64,000 nt of DNA from Candidatus Eiseniibacteriota bacterium (GTDB taxonomy: Bacteria > Eisenbacteria > RBG-16-71-46 > CAVPCR01): assembly GCA_963823555.1 (NCBI GenBank), contig CAWGMA010000001.1, positions 1,216,050 to 1,280,049 of the forward strand, read 5' to 3'. This document shows positions 1 through 9,129 of the stretch, piece by piece. Every line of letters begins with the position of its first letter. Position 1 is the first letter of the stretch. Made by a program: the position numbers and the translations under genes. The notes below the pieces were generated by a model. The model was not told the origin of the DNA. It was given only the letters and a program-made list of their open reading frames with translations, and ran no database searches.

Positions 1-1036
1 GGCGACCGGACTCGTCGGCCGCACCTTTCTCAGACTGCTGGCGGCTCGCGGCTTTCCTATCTCACGCCTCGGGCTCTTTGCCTCGTCCCGGTCCGCCGGG
101 CGGATGATCCCCTTCGCTGGACGCGAGCACCCGGTCGTCGCCCTCGCCGATGCCGATCCCAAGGGATTCGACCTGGCCCTGTTCTCGGCTGGCGCCGAGG
201 TGTCACGGCTTGCGGTCTCGCAGTTCGCCGCTGCCGGAGCTCTGGTCGTCGACAACTCGAGTGCCTTTCGCCTCGATCCGGAGGTTCCCCTCGTCGTGCC
301 CGAGGTGAATCCCGAGGCGCTGGCCCACTTCCCGCCGGGAGGGCGGGGTCGGGTGGTGGCCAATCCCAACTGCTCGACCATCCAGCTCGTCATCGCGCTC
401 AAGCCGCTCGACGATGCGGCTCGCATCCGGCGGGTCACGGTGGCGACCTATCAGGCGGCGGCCGGGGCCGGGCAGAAGGGGCTCCGGGAGCTGGAACGGG
501 AGACCGCGCGGGCCCTCGCTGGCGAGGAGCCGAAGGCCCAGGTCTTCGCCCATCCCCTCGCCTTCGAGGCGTTGCCGCAGATCGGATCCTTCCTTTCCAG
601 CGGCGCCAGCAGCGAAGAGCAGAAGATGGTCGACGAGACGCGGAAGATCCTCCGGCTTCCCGAGCTCGCGATCTCGGTGACCTGCGTCCGCGTTCCGGTG
701 CAGGTGGGGCATTCGGAGGCAGTCTGGGTCGAGACCGAACGCGCGCTCTCACCAGAGGAGGCGCGGGCCCGCTTGGCGCGCACGCCGGGCATCGTCATCG
801 CCGATGATCCTCATGCCGGGATCTATCCGCTGGCGCGGAGGGCGGCCGGGACCGATCTTGTGCACGTCGGTCGCATCCGGCGCGATCCGGCGAGCAAGCA
901 CGGGCTCATCCTGTGGGTGGTCGCCGACAACGTGCGCAAGGGGGCTGCGACCAACGCGATCCAGATCGCCGAGGCTCTGCTCGCCGTGACCCCGGTGGCC
1001 GCCGGGGTCAAGGATCGAGGCGCCGGGCGCCGATAA
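1..1036 (+). CDS. asd: aspartate-semialdehyde dehydrogenase (5' partial; reading frame continues upstream of window start)
   Basis: Frame 2 from nt 2 reads ATGLVGRTFLRLLAARGFP (Rossmann GxxGxxG) before the listed ORF. NPNCSTIQLV active-site Cys motif. Full-length similarity to Asd. Confidence 0.9.
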   Translation, partial: ATGLVGRTFLRLLAARGFPISRLGLFASSRSAGRMIPFAGREHPVVALADADPKGFDLALFSAGAEVSRLAVSQFAAAGALVVDNSSAFRLDPEVPLVVPEVNPEALAHFPPGGRGRVVANPNCSTIQLVIALKPLDDAARIRRVTVATYQAAAGAGQKGLRELERETARALAGEEPKAQVFAHPLAFEALPQIGSFLSSGASSEEQKMVDETRKILRLPELAISVTCVRVPVQVGHSEAVWVETERALSPEEARARLARTPGIVIADDPHAGIYPLARRAAGTDLVHVGRIRRDPASKHGLILWVVADNVRKGAATNAIQIAEALLAVTPVAAGVKDRGAGRR

Positions 1037-1093
1037 CCCGTACAGGCTCGCCCCTGGTCGCGGGCGATGCGGAGACGCGAAGCGGCGGATAAC

Positions 1094-1702
1094 ATGTTCG
1101 AGAACCTCGCGGGTGACCTGCGCGCCGCCCGCATCCACAATGCCAATTCACCGAGCTGGGTGGACCAGAACGTGACAATCTGGCTCCACTACGGCATGCA
1201 GGCCGTGGTGGTCTACCGGTTCGGTCGCTGGGTGCAGACCTTCCGTATCCCGGTCGTGAAGCAGGTCCTCAAGATCCTGCAAGTCGCGTGGCGAACCTGG
1301 TGCGAGATGGTCTACGGCATCAACGTGCCGGAGTCGACGGCGATCGGACCCGGGCTATGCATCCACACCTGGGCGGGAGTATTCCTCCCGCACAACACGA
1401 CGATCGGGCGCAACTTCACGGTCCAGCATGGAAACCTCATCGAGGACGGGGTCACGATCGGGGACGATGTCTATTGCGGGGTGGGGGCCAAGCTGATCGG
1501 GCGCATCCGGATCGGGAATCGGGTGCGGATCGGGGCCAACGCCGTCGTCATCACCGATGTGCCCGACGATTCGACGGCGGTCGGCATCCCGGCGCGGATC
1601 ATCCCTCATGCCCATGCCGAGAAGGACGCCGAACCGAGCTCTTCGCCTGCGAATCCGCTTCAGCCTGAGGGACCGCAGCAGGCGCTGTCGGCCGGCCGCT
1701 AG
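1094..1702 (+). CDS. cysE: serine O-acetyltransferase-like hexapeptide-repeat acetyltransferase
   Basis: N-terminal SAT helical region (MFENLAGDLRAARIHNAN...). C-terminal left-handed beta-helix hexapeptide repeats (IGDDVYCGVGAKLIGRIRIGNRVRIGANAVV). Start could be 1067 or 1094. Confidence 0.75.
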   Translation: MFENLAGDLRAARIHNANSPSWVDQNVTIWLHYGMQAVVVYRFGRWVQTFRIPVVKQVLKILQVAWRTWCEMVYGINVPESTAIGPGLCIHTWAGVFLPHNTTIGRNFTVQHGNLIEDGVTIGDDVYCGVGAKLIGRIRIGNRVRIGANAVVITDVPDDSTAVGIPARIIPHAHAEKDAEPSSSPANPLQPEGPQQALSAGR

Positions 1703-1768
1703 GGACTCCGACTGCTTCGCGCCTCAGCACCGGGTCTGCATCGTCTGCATCCCTCCTCCGGCCGGTGC

Positions 1769-1797
1769 CTTCCGCTGCCGGCTGCCACCAGCTACAA
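1769..1797 (+). promoter_or_regulatory. putative sigma70-type promoter upstream of deacetylase-MTase-bshCBA operon (-10 TACAAT at 1792-1797, weak -35 TTCCGC)
   Basis: Only strong -10-like hexamer in the 137-bp gap between cysE-like and the HDAC-family gene. Weak -35. Confidence 0.25.
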
Positions 1798-1839
1798 TGC
1801 CCTGTTCCCCGGACCAGGTTGTGATCCCCAGGAGCTCCC

Positions 1840-2748
1840 ATGGCGAGTCTCGTCTTCTCGGACGGGTATTACGCGGACATCGGCGGCCACGTCTTTCCAA
1901 TGGAGAAGTTCGCGCTGATACGCCAGTTTCTGCTGGACACGGGCGCGGCTCGCGCGGAGGACTTCATCGCGCCGGAGCCCGCCTCCGATGAGGATGTGCT
2001 CCGGGTACACACGCCCGACTACGTGCGCAAGCTCAAGAGCGGGAGCCTGAGCGACGAGGAGATCCTCGCCCTCGAGCTTCCATTCTCCGCCGATCTCGCT
2101 CGCGCCTCCTGGCTGTGCGCCGGAGGGACGATCACCGCCTGCCGGCTCGCCGTGGAGCAAGGGTTCGCCGGGAATCTGGCCGGTGGATTCCACCATGCCT
2201 TTCCCGACCATGGCGAGGGCTTCTGCGTGCTGAACGACATCGCGATCGGGATCCGGGCCGTGCTCGCCGCGGGTCTGATCGAGCGGGCGGCGGTCATCGA
2301 TCTCGACGTGCACCAGGGGAACGGGACGGCCGCCATCTTCGCCGGCGAACCGCGCGTGTTCACGTGTTCCCTGCATCAGGAGCGGAACTACCCGCTCATC
2401 AAGCCTCCCAGCGATCTCGATTGCGGCCTGCGGGATGGCGCCACCGGGGCCGAGTATCTGGCCGTGCTGGAGCGGGCGCTGGGGGTCACGCTGGCCACCC
2501 GACCGGAGCTCCTGGTCTACGTGGCGGGGGCGGATCCCTACGCCGGGGACCAGCTTGGCGGTCTGGCGCTCTCGATCGACGATCTGGCAGCGCGCGACGA
2601 GGCGGTGTTCCAGGGTGCGGCCCTGAAGCGCGTGCCCGTCGTGGTGGTTCTGGCCGGCGGCTACGCCGCGGATGTGAGGGATACCGTGCGCATCCATGGC
2701 GCGACCATGCGTCGCGGACTCGCCTACCTCGAGGTGCTCAAGTCGTGA
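1840..2748 (+). CDS. histone deacetylase-family (AcuC/acetylpolyamine amidohydrolase-like) deacetylase
   Basis: HDAC fold motifs (GGFHHAFPDHGEGFCVLNDIAIG, VIDLDVHQGNGT). 4-bp GTGA overlap with downstream methyltransferase. Confidence 0.8.
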   Translation: MASLVFSDGYYADIGGHVFPMEKFALIRQFLLDTGAARAEDFIAPEPASDEDVLRVHTPDYVRKLKSGSLSDEEILALELPFSADLARASWLCAGGTITACRLAVEQGFAGNLAGGFHHAFPDHGEGFCVLNDIAIGIRAVLAAGLIERAAVIDLDVHQGNGTAAIFAGEPRVFTCSLHQERNYPLIKPPSDLDCGLRDGATGAEYLAVLERALGVTLATRPELLVYVAGADPYAGDQLGGLALSIDDLAARDEAVFQGAALKRVPVVVVLAGGYAADVRDTVRIHGATMRRGLAYLEVLKS

Positions 2749-3530
2749 GCGGAGAGTGGTTCGACATCGCCTTCGATGACCTGTATGCGGATCTCTACGC
2801 TCATCGCGACCGCGAGGAGGCGGAGCGGGCTGTGGGCTGGGTCGAGCGGGCGCTCGGGGCCAGAGGCCTTCCGGCGCTGGCGGGGTCTCGATGCGTGGAT
2901 CTGGCCTGCGGTGCCGGCCGGCATCTCCTGGCGCTTGCCGGTCGGGGAGCGCGCGCCGTGGGCGTCGATCGATCGCGAGCCCTCCTCTCGCGGGCCCATG
3001 CCGCCCGGGAAGGAGAGGGATCGGGGACGCAATACGAGCTCGTTGCCGGCGATCTCCGCCGCCTGCCCCTGGCCTCACGCAGCTTCGCGGTAGCCTTGAG
3101 CATGTTCACGAGCATCGGCTATTTCGCCCGTGACGAGGAGCACCGGGCCGCCCTGGTCGAAGTGGCCCGCATCCTTTACCCTGGAGGGGCGTTCGTGGTC
3201 GATTACATGAACGCGGAAGCGGTCGCGAGGACGCTCGTTCCGCGTTCCGAGCGGGAGGTCGGGGAGTACCTCGTCACCGAGGAGCGCCGCATCGACACCA
3301 CACAGCACCGCATCGCGAAGCAAGTGCGGGTGAGCCGGCGTGCGACCGGGGAGCTCGTGAAGCTCTACGCGGAATCCGTCGCCATGTGGTCGCGGGCCGA
3401 GCTGGAGGCCCGGATTCGGGCTTCTGGCTTTGCGGTGCGACTCGCCGCGGGAGACTACGATGGCGGGCCGTTCACGACGCACTCGCCGCGGCTCATCCTG
3501 ATCGCTGAGCTCGTGACAGCCGCAGCATGA
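2745..3530 (+). CDS. class I SAM-dependent methyltransferase (candidate N-methyl-bacillithiol synthase NmbA-like)
   Basis: GTG start at 2745 overlapping the HDAC stop. Methyltransf_11/25-like SAM motif VDLACGAGRHLLALAGRGARAVGVDRS. Immediately upstream of bshC. Confidence 0.7.
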   Translation: MSGEWFDIAFDDLYADLYAHRDREEAERAVGWVERALGARGLPALAGSRCVDLACGAGRHLLALAGRGARAVGVDRSRALLSRAHAAREGEGSGTQYELVAGDLRRLPLASRSFAVALSMFTSIGYFARDEEHRAALVEVARILYPGGAFVVDYMNAEAVARTLVPRSEREVGEYLVTEERRIDTTQHRIAKQVRVSRRATGELVKLYAESVAMWSRAELEARIRASGFAVRLAAGDYDGGPFTTHSPRLILIAELVTAAA

Positions 3531-3570
3531 AGCACGCCGCCATCACCATCGGCATCTTGACGGGGAACGA

Positions 3571-5244
3571 ATGAGCCAGGGAGCAGGCGGAACATCGACC
3601 AGGACGCGGCGCTCGCGCCCCGGCGCCGCTCTCATGCTCGGCGACATGGAGTATGGGCGCGCCTTCACGGGGCTCGCCACGGGCGATCCGACTCTCGATG
3701 GATTCCTGCCGCTGCTCCGCGATCTGCACCGGGGCGCGGCTCGCCGCCGGGAGGCCATGGTCGATCCGGGTCGCGGACCCCTCTGGGACGCGGTCGAGGC
3801 GCTCGCCGAACGCTGTCAGGCGCCCCCGGCGACCCGCCCTGCCCTGGCATCGCTCAGGGCTGGGGCTCCGGTCGTCTGCACCGGCCAGCAGCCCGGTCTC
3901 CTCGGCGGGCCCATCTTCATCCTGTACAAGGCGGCGACAGCCATTCACCTCGCCCGCGATCTCGAGCGCGCGCTGGGTGAGCCCGTGGTGCCCATCTTCT
4001 GGGTGGCCGCCGATGATTCCGATTTCAAGGAGGTCGCGCGAGCCACGCTGGCCACGGCCGACCTGAAGCTCGAAACGGTGGCCATCGACCCCGCACTCGA
4101 GGATCCCACGCGCATGGTGGGCGGCCTTGCGGTGACGGCGGGCCGGGATGCGGCGCGGAATGCGGCGCAAGCGACGTCCGGGCTTCCTTACGCTGCGCTC
4201 CTGTCCGAGCTGGCCGGAGCGACATGGGAACGGGGCCGGGACTGGGGCGAGGGATTCGCCGCCGTACTCTACGCTCTCCTTGGCGAGCATGGCCTGGTCG
4301 TGGTCGATGCCCGCGAGCCCGTGCTGCGCGATCTGGCTCGGCCTCTCCTCACGCGCTATCTCGATGATGTGGCTGGGTACGCGCAAGTGGTCGATCGTGC
4401 CGGCGAGGCGCTGGCGGCAGACGGGCTTGGCCGTCAGCTCGGGACCTTCGCCGCGCGCTTTCCGCTCTATGAGGAAGAGCCGCCGTATCGCCTCCGCCTG
4501 GCCGACCCCGGAGGCGGGGAGGAGCACTTGGCGAGCTTCGCGACGCGAGCCCGCGCGGTCATGTCTCGTGGCGGCGCACTGTGGACGGGCGTTGCGCTGC
4601 GCCCGCTCGTCGTGGACACGACCCTGCCGGTCGTGGCCCGCGTGCTCGGTCCGGCCGAGGTGGCGTACATGGCGCAGCTGTCCGGTGCCTACGCCCATCT
4701 GGATGTGGTGATGCCGCCGCTGGTGCCCCGCCTGACGGGAACGCTGGTCCCGGCTCGGTCCGCACGGGTGGCGGCCGCCACCGTGGGTGGGCTTCCGGCC
4801 CTGGTCCGCGACCCCGCGGCCACGCTTTCGGCCTACTACAAGCGTCAATTGCCGCTCCCGGCGCGGCGTGCGCTCGAGGAGCTCGAGGGCAGCCAGCGCG
4901 CCGGCTACGCTCGGGCGCGCGAGGCGCTCGCGGCTCTCGGCCGGGGGCTCGACCAGCTCGTCGACTCGGTCGCGACCAAGGCCGACTTCCAGCTCGCGCG
5001 ATTGTGGCAAGCCGCCATCAAGCGCGAGAGGAAGAAGCGCGAAGCGGATGAACCCTTCCTGCGCCACCTCGCCCCCTTCCTGCGTCCTGATCAGGGACTG
5101 CAAGAAAGGCGGCTGGCCACGCTCTCGGCGCTGGCTCTCGCCGGGCCGGGTCTGGTTTCGCGTGCGCTCGAGATGGCGGAGTCCGATCTCGCTCTGCTGC
5201 GCGCCGGGCGCGGTGAGCATCACCTCCTGGAATTTGACCCATGA
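3571..5244 (+). CDS. bshC: bacillithiol biosynthesis cysteine-adding enzyme BshC
   Basis: VVCTGQQPGLLGGPIFILYK...PVVPIFWVAADDSDFKEV matches the BshC signature (VVGGQQAGLLTGPLYTIHK...VIPIFWVAGEDHDLDEI). Alternative starts at 3634 or 3646. Confidence 0.8.
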   Translation: MSQGAGGTSTRTRRSRPGAALMLGDMEYGRAFTGLATGDPTLDGFLPLLRDLHRGAARRREAMVDPGRGPLWDAVEALAERCQAPPATRPALASLRAGAPVVCTGQQPGLLGGPIFILYKAATAIHLARDLERALGEPVVPIFWVAADDSDFKEVARATLATADLKLETVAIDPALEDPTRMVGGLAVTAGRDAARNAAQATSGLPYAALLSELAGATWERGRDWGEGFAAVLYALLGEHGLVVVDAREPVLRDLARPLLTRYLDDVAGYAQVVDRAGEALAADGLGRQLGTFAARFPLYEEEPPYRLRLADPGGGEEHLASFATRARAVMSRGGALWTGVALRPLVVDTTLPVVARVLGPAEVAYMAQLSGAYAHLDVVMPPLVPRLTGTLVPARSARVAAATVGGLPALVRDPAATLSAYYKRQLPLPARRALEELEGSQRAGYARAREALAALGRGLDQLVDSVATKADFQLARLWQAAIKRERKKREADEPFLRHLAPFLRPDQGLQERRLATLSALALAGPGLVSRALEMAESDLALLRAGRGEHHLLEFDP

Positions 5245-5978
5245 AATGCGTTGCCTTCGGTGCTCATCCCGATGATGTCGAGCTCGCGGCCGCTGGCACC
5301 CTGGCCCTGACCGTCCAGGCCGGGCATGACGTCCTGATCGCGGATCTGACCCAGGGGGAGCGAGCCACCGCCGGCAGCCCGGAGGAGCGAGCGGCGGAAG
5401 CCGCCGCTGCCGCTCGCGTGCTGGGAGTCCGGCGCTCGGGACTCGAGCTTCCCGACACCGCGCTCGACCGGGCGGACCAGAGTCAGCTCGAGCGCGTGGT
5501 CCAAGTCCTGCGACGCGAGCAGCCCGATCTCGTGCTCGCCCCGACCGGCCGCGACGCGCATCCCGATCATATCGAGGCTCATCACCTCGTCAGCCGGGCG
5601 GTCTTCCTCGCCGGGCTTGCCGGGTTCGCCCCGGAGGCCGGGGCGCCGCACCGGACTTCGCTCGTTCTCTTCTATCCATCATCGCGTGAGATGTTCGGCC
5701 GCCCGGACCTGATCGTCGACATCAGCGCGGTCATCGATCGCAAGATGGCCGTGCTCGCGTGCTACACGTCCCAGTTCATCCGCGTCCGGGGCGGGCTGGT
5801 GACCCCGCTCAACGCCCCAGGCTTCCTCGAGCGTGTCAAGGCGCGGGCGGCTGCTGTCGGTATCGATCGCGGCATCGAGCATGGAGAACCCTTCTTCCTG
5901 GACCGCCCACTGACCACGACGGATCCGCTGCGGCTCCTTGCGCTCACGGCGCCGGGTGGAGATGGAGGAACGTCATGA
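5241..5978 (+). CDS. bshB: N-acetyl-alpha-D-glucosaminyl L-malate deacetylase BshB (LmbE/PIG-L family)
   Basis: LmbE motif AHPDDVELAAAGTL...HPDHIEAH. ATGA overlap with the bshC stop. Confidence 0.8.
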   Translation: MKCVAFGAHPDDVELAAAGTLALTVQAGHDVLIADLTQGERATAGSPEERAAEAAAAARVLGVRRSGLELPDTALDRADQSQLERVVQVLRREQPDLVLAPTGRDAHPDHIEAHHLVSRAVFLAGLAGFAPEAGAPHRTSLVLFYPSSREMFGRPDLIVDISAVIDRKMAVLACYTSQFIRVRGGLVTPLNAPGFLERVKARAAAVGIDRGIEHGEPFFLDRPLTTTDPLRLLALTAPGGDGGTS

Positions 5979-7132
5979 CCCTGGGGCCGCTTGCGATCGG
6001 CATCACCTGCTACCCGACCACCGGTGGCTCGGGGATCGTGGCCACCGAGCTCGGGAAGCGTCTGGCCCGCCGCGGCCACAGCGTGCACTTCATCACCCAC
6101 GCGGTGCCGGTGCGGCTCCGCCAGTTCGAGGAGCGGATCTCCTTCCATCCCGTCGAGACCGAGAGCTATCCGCTGTTCAGTCACCAGCCCTACGCGCTCA
6201 ACCTGGCCGCCAAGATGAGCGAGGTCATCGAGCGCGAGCGCCTCGATATCCTGCATGTCCACTACGCGCTGCCGCATGCGGTGAGCGCCTACCTCGCCAA
6301 GCAGATCGTCCGACCTCGCGAAGTCAAGGTGATCACGACGCTCCATGGCACGGACATCACGCTGGTCGGCCTCCAGCCGTCGTTCTTCAGCGTCACCAAG
6401 TTCTCGATCGAGCAGTCCGACGCCGTGACCGCGGTCTCCGCCTGGCTCCGGGACCAGACAGTCCAGAGCTTCGGCGTCCGCACCCCGATCCATGTCATTC
6501 GCAACTTCGTCGACTCGGCCCGCTTCGCTCCCGGCCGCGACGAGCGGCGGCGCCTGGCGTTCGCGCGACCGGAGGAGGTGCTGCTGATGCACGCCTCCAA
6601 CTTCCGCCCGGTCAAGAACACGCCGCGCGTGATCGAGGTCTTCCATGCCGTGGCCGAGGCGGTACCGGCCCGGCTCCTGCTCGTGGGGGAGGGGCCCGAG
6701 CTTCCCGCCTGTCGCGACCTGGCCTCGGAGTTCGGTCTCGGCGATCGCATCACCTTCATGGGGGATCAGGAGTACATCGAGGCGCTGCTGCCGGTCGCGG
6801 ATATCTTCCTCCTGCCGTCCGATCACGAGAGCTTCGGGCTCGTCGCGCTGGAGGCGATGAGTTGTGGGGTCACGGTGGTGGCGACGCGAGTCGGCGGCAT
6901 GTCCGAGGTCATCACCGACGGCGAGACCGGCTTCCTGCTGGATCCCGGCGATGTGGCGGGGATGTCCGCGCTCACGATCGCGCTGGCGCGGGATCCGGAG
7001 CGCAGGGCCCGGGTGGCGGCGGCGGCCCGCAACGAGGCGGTGCAGCGCTTCGACATCGATGCCGCCGTCGATCACTACCTCGATCTCTATGCGGCGCTTC
7101 TCAGCGGGACGCTGCCGGGCGCCGGAGGATGA
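5975..7132 (+). CDS. bshA: N-acetyl-alpha-D-glucosaminyl L-malate synthase BshA (GT4 glycosyltransferase)
   Basis: GT4 fold with EGFGLVALEAMSCGVTVVATRVGG motif and BshA-like N-terminus (ITCYPTTGGSGIVATELGKRLARRGH). ATGA overlap with bshB. Confidence 0.85.
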   Translation: MTLGPLAIGITCYPTTGGSGIVATELGKRLARRGHSVHFITHAVPVRLRQFEERISFHPVETESYPLFSHQPYALNLAAKMSEVIERERLDILHVHYALPHAVSAYLAKQIVRPREVKVITTLHGTDITLVGLQPSFFSVTKFSIEQSDAVTAVSAWLRDQTVQSFGVRTPIHVIRNFVDSARFAPGRDERRRLAFARPEEVLLMHASNFRPVKNTPRVIEVFHAVAEAVPARLLLVGEGPELPACRDLASEFGLGDRITFMGDQEYIEALLPVADIFLLPSDHESFGLVALEAMSCGVTVVATRVGGMSEVITDGETGFLLDPGDVAGMSALTIALARDPERRARVAAAARNEAVQRFDIDAAVDHYLDLYAALLSGTLPGAGG

Positions 7133-7922
7133 ACCCCACCATGCGCCCGGTCGGCTCGCCCGAGCGCGCGGAGAAGTAGCGATCGCGCCGGCATAGCGTG
7201 CAGCTCTCGGGATCGGTGATGGCCGGGGGCGCGATGCCACCCGCTTCCAGCTTGAGCCGGGTCGCATGAACCAGGTCGAGATGCGGCCGCTCGCGCCGGC
7301 CTGGACGAAGCGTGCGCGGATCGAAGCGCGCGGCCACCTCGGGACCGACCTCGAAGCAACATGGGCCGATCCCCGGTCCGATGACGACCCGCATATGCTC
7401 GGGTCTTGCCCCCGCCCCGACCAGGGCGGCAAGACCGCCCTCGATGATCCCCGCGACCACACCACGCCAGCCCGCATGGAGGGCACCGATGACTCCCGCG
7501 GAGAGATCGGCGACGAAGATCGGCAGGCAATCCGCCACCGTCACCAGGAGCGCGAGGTCCGTCCTGGCGGTGACGAGCCCATCGGCCTCTCCGACCGGCC
7601 CGGGCTCGTCGACCGTGACCACCCGGGCGCCATGCACTTGAGCCATACGGGCACCGCGTCCGGGATGGATCCCGGCAGCCGCGTAGAAGCGGGCCCGGTT
7701 CTCGGTAACGGCCTTCGGGTCGTCGCCCGTGTTGCCGCCCAGATTGAGCGAGGCGTAGGGCGGAGCACTCACTCCACCATGGCGAAGGCTCATTCCGGCA
7801 AGGAGTTCCGGCGAGTTCCTGAAAAACCACTCGACACGAAGCCCTGCTTCGCGTGGCTTCTCAGGCTCTGGAGGCGGTGTCGCCCCCGGCCGGGGATGTG
7901 TTAGATACTCGCGATCATCCAT
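7101..7922 (-). CDS. pgeF: YfiH/PgeF family protein (DUF152; purine nucleoside phosphorylase / laccase-domain)
   Basis: LRHGGVSAPPYASLNLG...ADCLPIF...HAGWRG conserved His/Cys motifs. Start taken at MDDREY; the ORF extends to 8114. Convergent with bshA, overlapping about 30 bp. Confidence 0.75.
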   Translation of the reverse strand: MDDREYLTHPRPGATPPPEPEKPREAGLRVEWFFRNSPELLAGMSLRHGGVSAPPYASLNLGGNTGDDPKAVTENRARFYAAAGIHPGRGARMAQVHGARVVTVDEPGPVGEADGLVTARTDLALLVTVADCLPIFVADLSAGVIGALHAGWRGVVAGIIEGGLAALVGAGARPEHMRVVIGPGIGPCCFEVGPEVAARFDPRTLRPGRRERPHLDLVHATRLKLEAGGIAPPAITDPESCTLCRRDRYFSARSGEPTGRMVGFILRRPAASR

Positions 7923-8133
7923 GGGTGGTTCGCCGCCCCTCGTGGACTCGGCTCGCGGCCGGGTCGGAAACCGCCGACTATAGCTCCTATTTCCGGACCA
8001 GAGGGCTTTCAAGCTCGGGAGGCCTCGCATCACCGTCCTCCGCGCCCGACGATTCCTGATCCTGGCCGAAGGTGCCCTGGGCGCCTTCAGCGCGAAGACC
8101 GCCGTCGGTCTCATCCGCTATCGCGGTTCCGAG

Positions 8134-9129
8134 GTGGTCGGCGTCCTCGACTCGGCCGCTGCCGGCCGCACCCTCGGGGATGTTCTGGGCATCCCCCATC
8201 CGGCGCCGGTGGTCGCCACGCTCGAGGCCGGCCTCGACCTGCATCCGGATACGCTCCTGATCGGCATCGCCCCCCGCGGGGGAGGTCTCCCCGCGCCCTG
8301 GCGCGCGATTCTCATCGGTGCCATCTCGGCCGGACTCGATGTGATGAGCGGGCTCCATGTCTTCCTCGCCGATGATGCTGAGCTGGCTTCGCTCGCCGCG
8401 CGCCGCGGCGTCGAGCTCATCGACCTCCGGCGGCCGCCGGCGGAGATCAAGCTTCCGCGCGAGGCGCACGCCCCGCGGCCGCATGCGCGGCCGCTCGTCA
8501 TCCTGACCGTGGGCAGCGACTGCAACGTGGGCAAGATGACAGCTGCACTCGAGATCGTGAAGGCGGCACGCCAGGCCGGCATTGACGCGAGCTTCGGAGC
8601 CACCGGGCAGACGGGAATTCTCATCGCCGGCGGTGGCATCGCCGTCGATCGCGTGGTCGCCGATTTCATCGCCGGGGCGACGGAGGCCGTGATCGACGAC
8701 TTGGGCCCGGTCGAGTGGGTGGTGATCGAGGGTCAGGGATCGCTCCTCCACCCCGCCTATTCCGGCGTTACTCTCGGGCTTTTGCATGGGGCGCGCCCGG
8801 ATGCGATGATCCTGTGTCATCACGTCGGGCGGACGCGGATCGAGGGCTATGAGGTGTCCCTGCCGCCGCCGGCGGCGCTCGTGCGCCTCTACGAAGAGGC
8901 CGCGTCCTGGGTCGCTCCGGCCCCGGTCGTGGGCTTTGCCCTCAATGGGCGGGGCGCTCCCCCCGAAGTGCTCATCGAGTACGCCGCCCGCTGCCATCGC
9001 GAGACCGGGCTCGTGGCGGTGGATCCCTTGGTCGAGGCCCCGCGCCTCGTCACCGCGATCAGGGAGTCTATGAAGAGTCGGGGCGCAAGGCCCTCTCGCG
9101 CCGCCGCGCCGGCGAAGGAGCCAGGATGA
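8134..9129 (+). CDS. DUF1611 domain protein (conserved partner of dipeptide epimerases)
   Basis: ILTVGSDCNVGKMTAALEI P-loop-like region. Conserved N-terminus (FLILAEGALGAFSAKTAVGLIRYRGSEVVGVLD) lies in-frame upstream of the first canonical start (GTG 8134). No ATG/GTG/TTG back to the in-frame stop at 7981. Confidence 0.65.
   Translation: MVGVLDSAAAGRTLGDVLGIPHPAPVVATLEAGLDLHPDTLLIGIAPRGGGLPAPWRAILIGAISAGLDVMSGLHVFLADDAELASLAARRGVELIDLRRPPAEIKLPREAHAPRPHARPLVILTVGSDCNVGKMTAALEIVKAARQAGIDASFGATGQTGILIAGGGIAVDRVVADFIAGATEAVIDDLGPVEWVVIEGQGSLLHPAYSGVTLGLLHGARPDAMILCHHVGRTRIEGYEVSLPPPAALVRLYEEAASWVAPAPVVGFALNGRGAPPEVLIEYAARCHRETGLVAVDPLVEAPRLVTAIRESMKSRGARPSRAAAPAKEPG

Noticed and set aside
1792-3078. 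428-aa minus-strand ORF overlapping the HDAC-like and methyltransferase genes
   Set aside because: No homology; the sense-strand genes are conserved. High-GC artifact.
3493-5223. 576-aa ORF antisense to bshC
   Set aside because: Same reasoning: compositionally biased, overlaps a strongly conserved sense gene.
5762-7486. 574-aa ORF antisense to bshB/bshA
   Set aside because: Arg/Gly/Pro/Ala-rich low-complexity translation with no recognisable fold. Typical open antisense frame in high-GC DNA, and the sense strand encodes well-conserved BshA.
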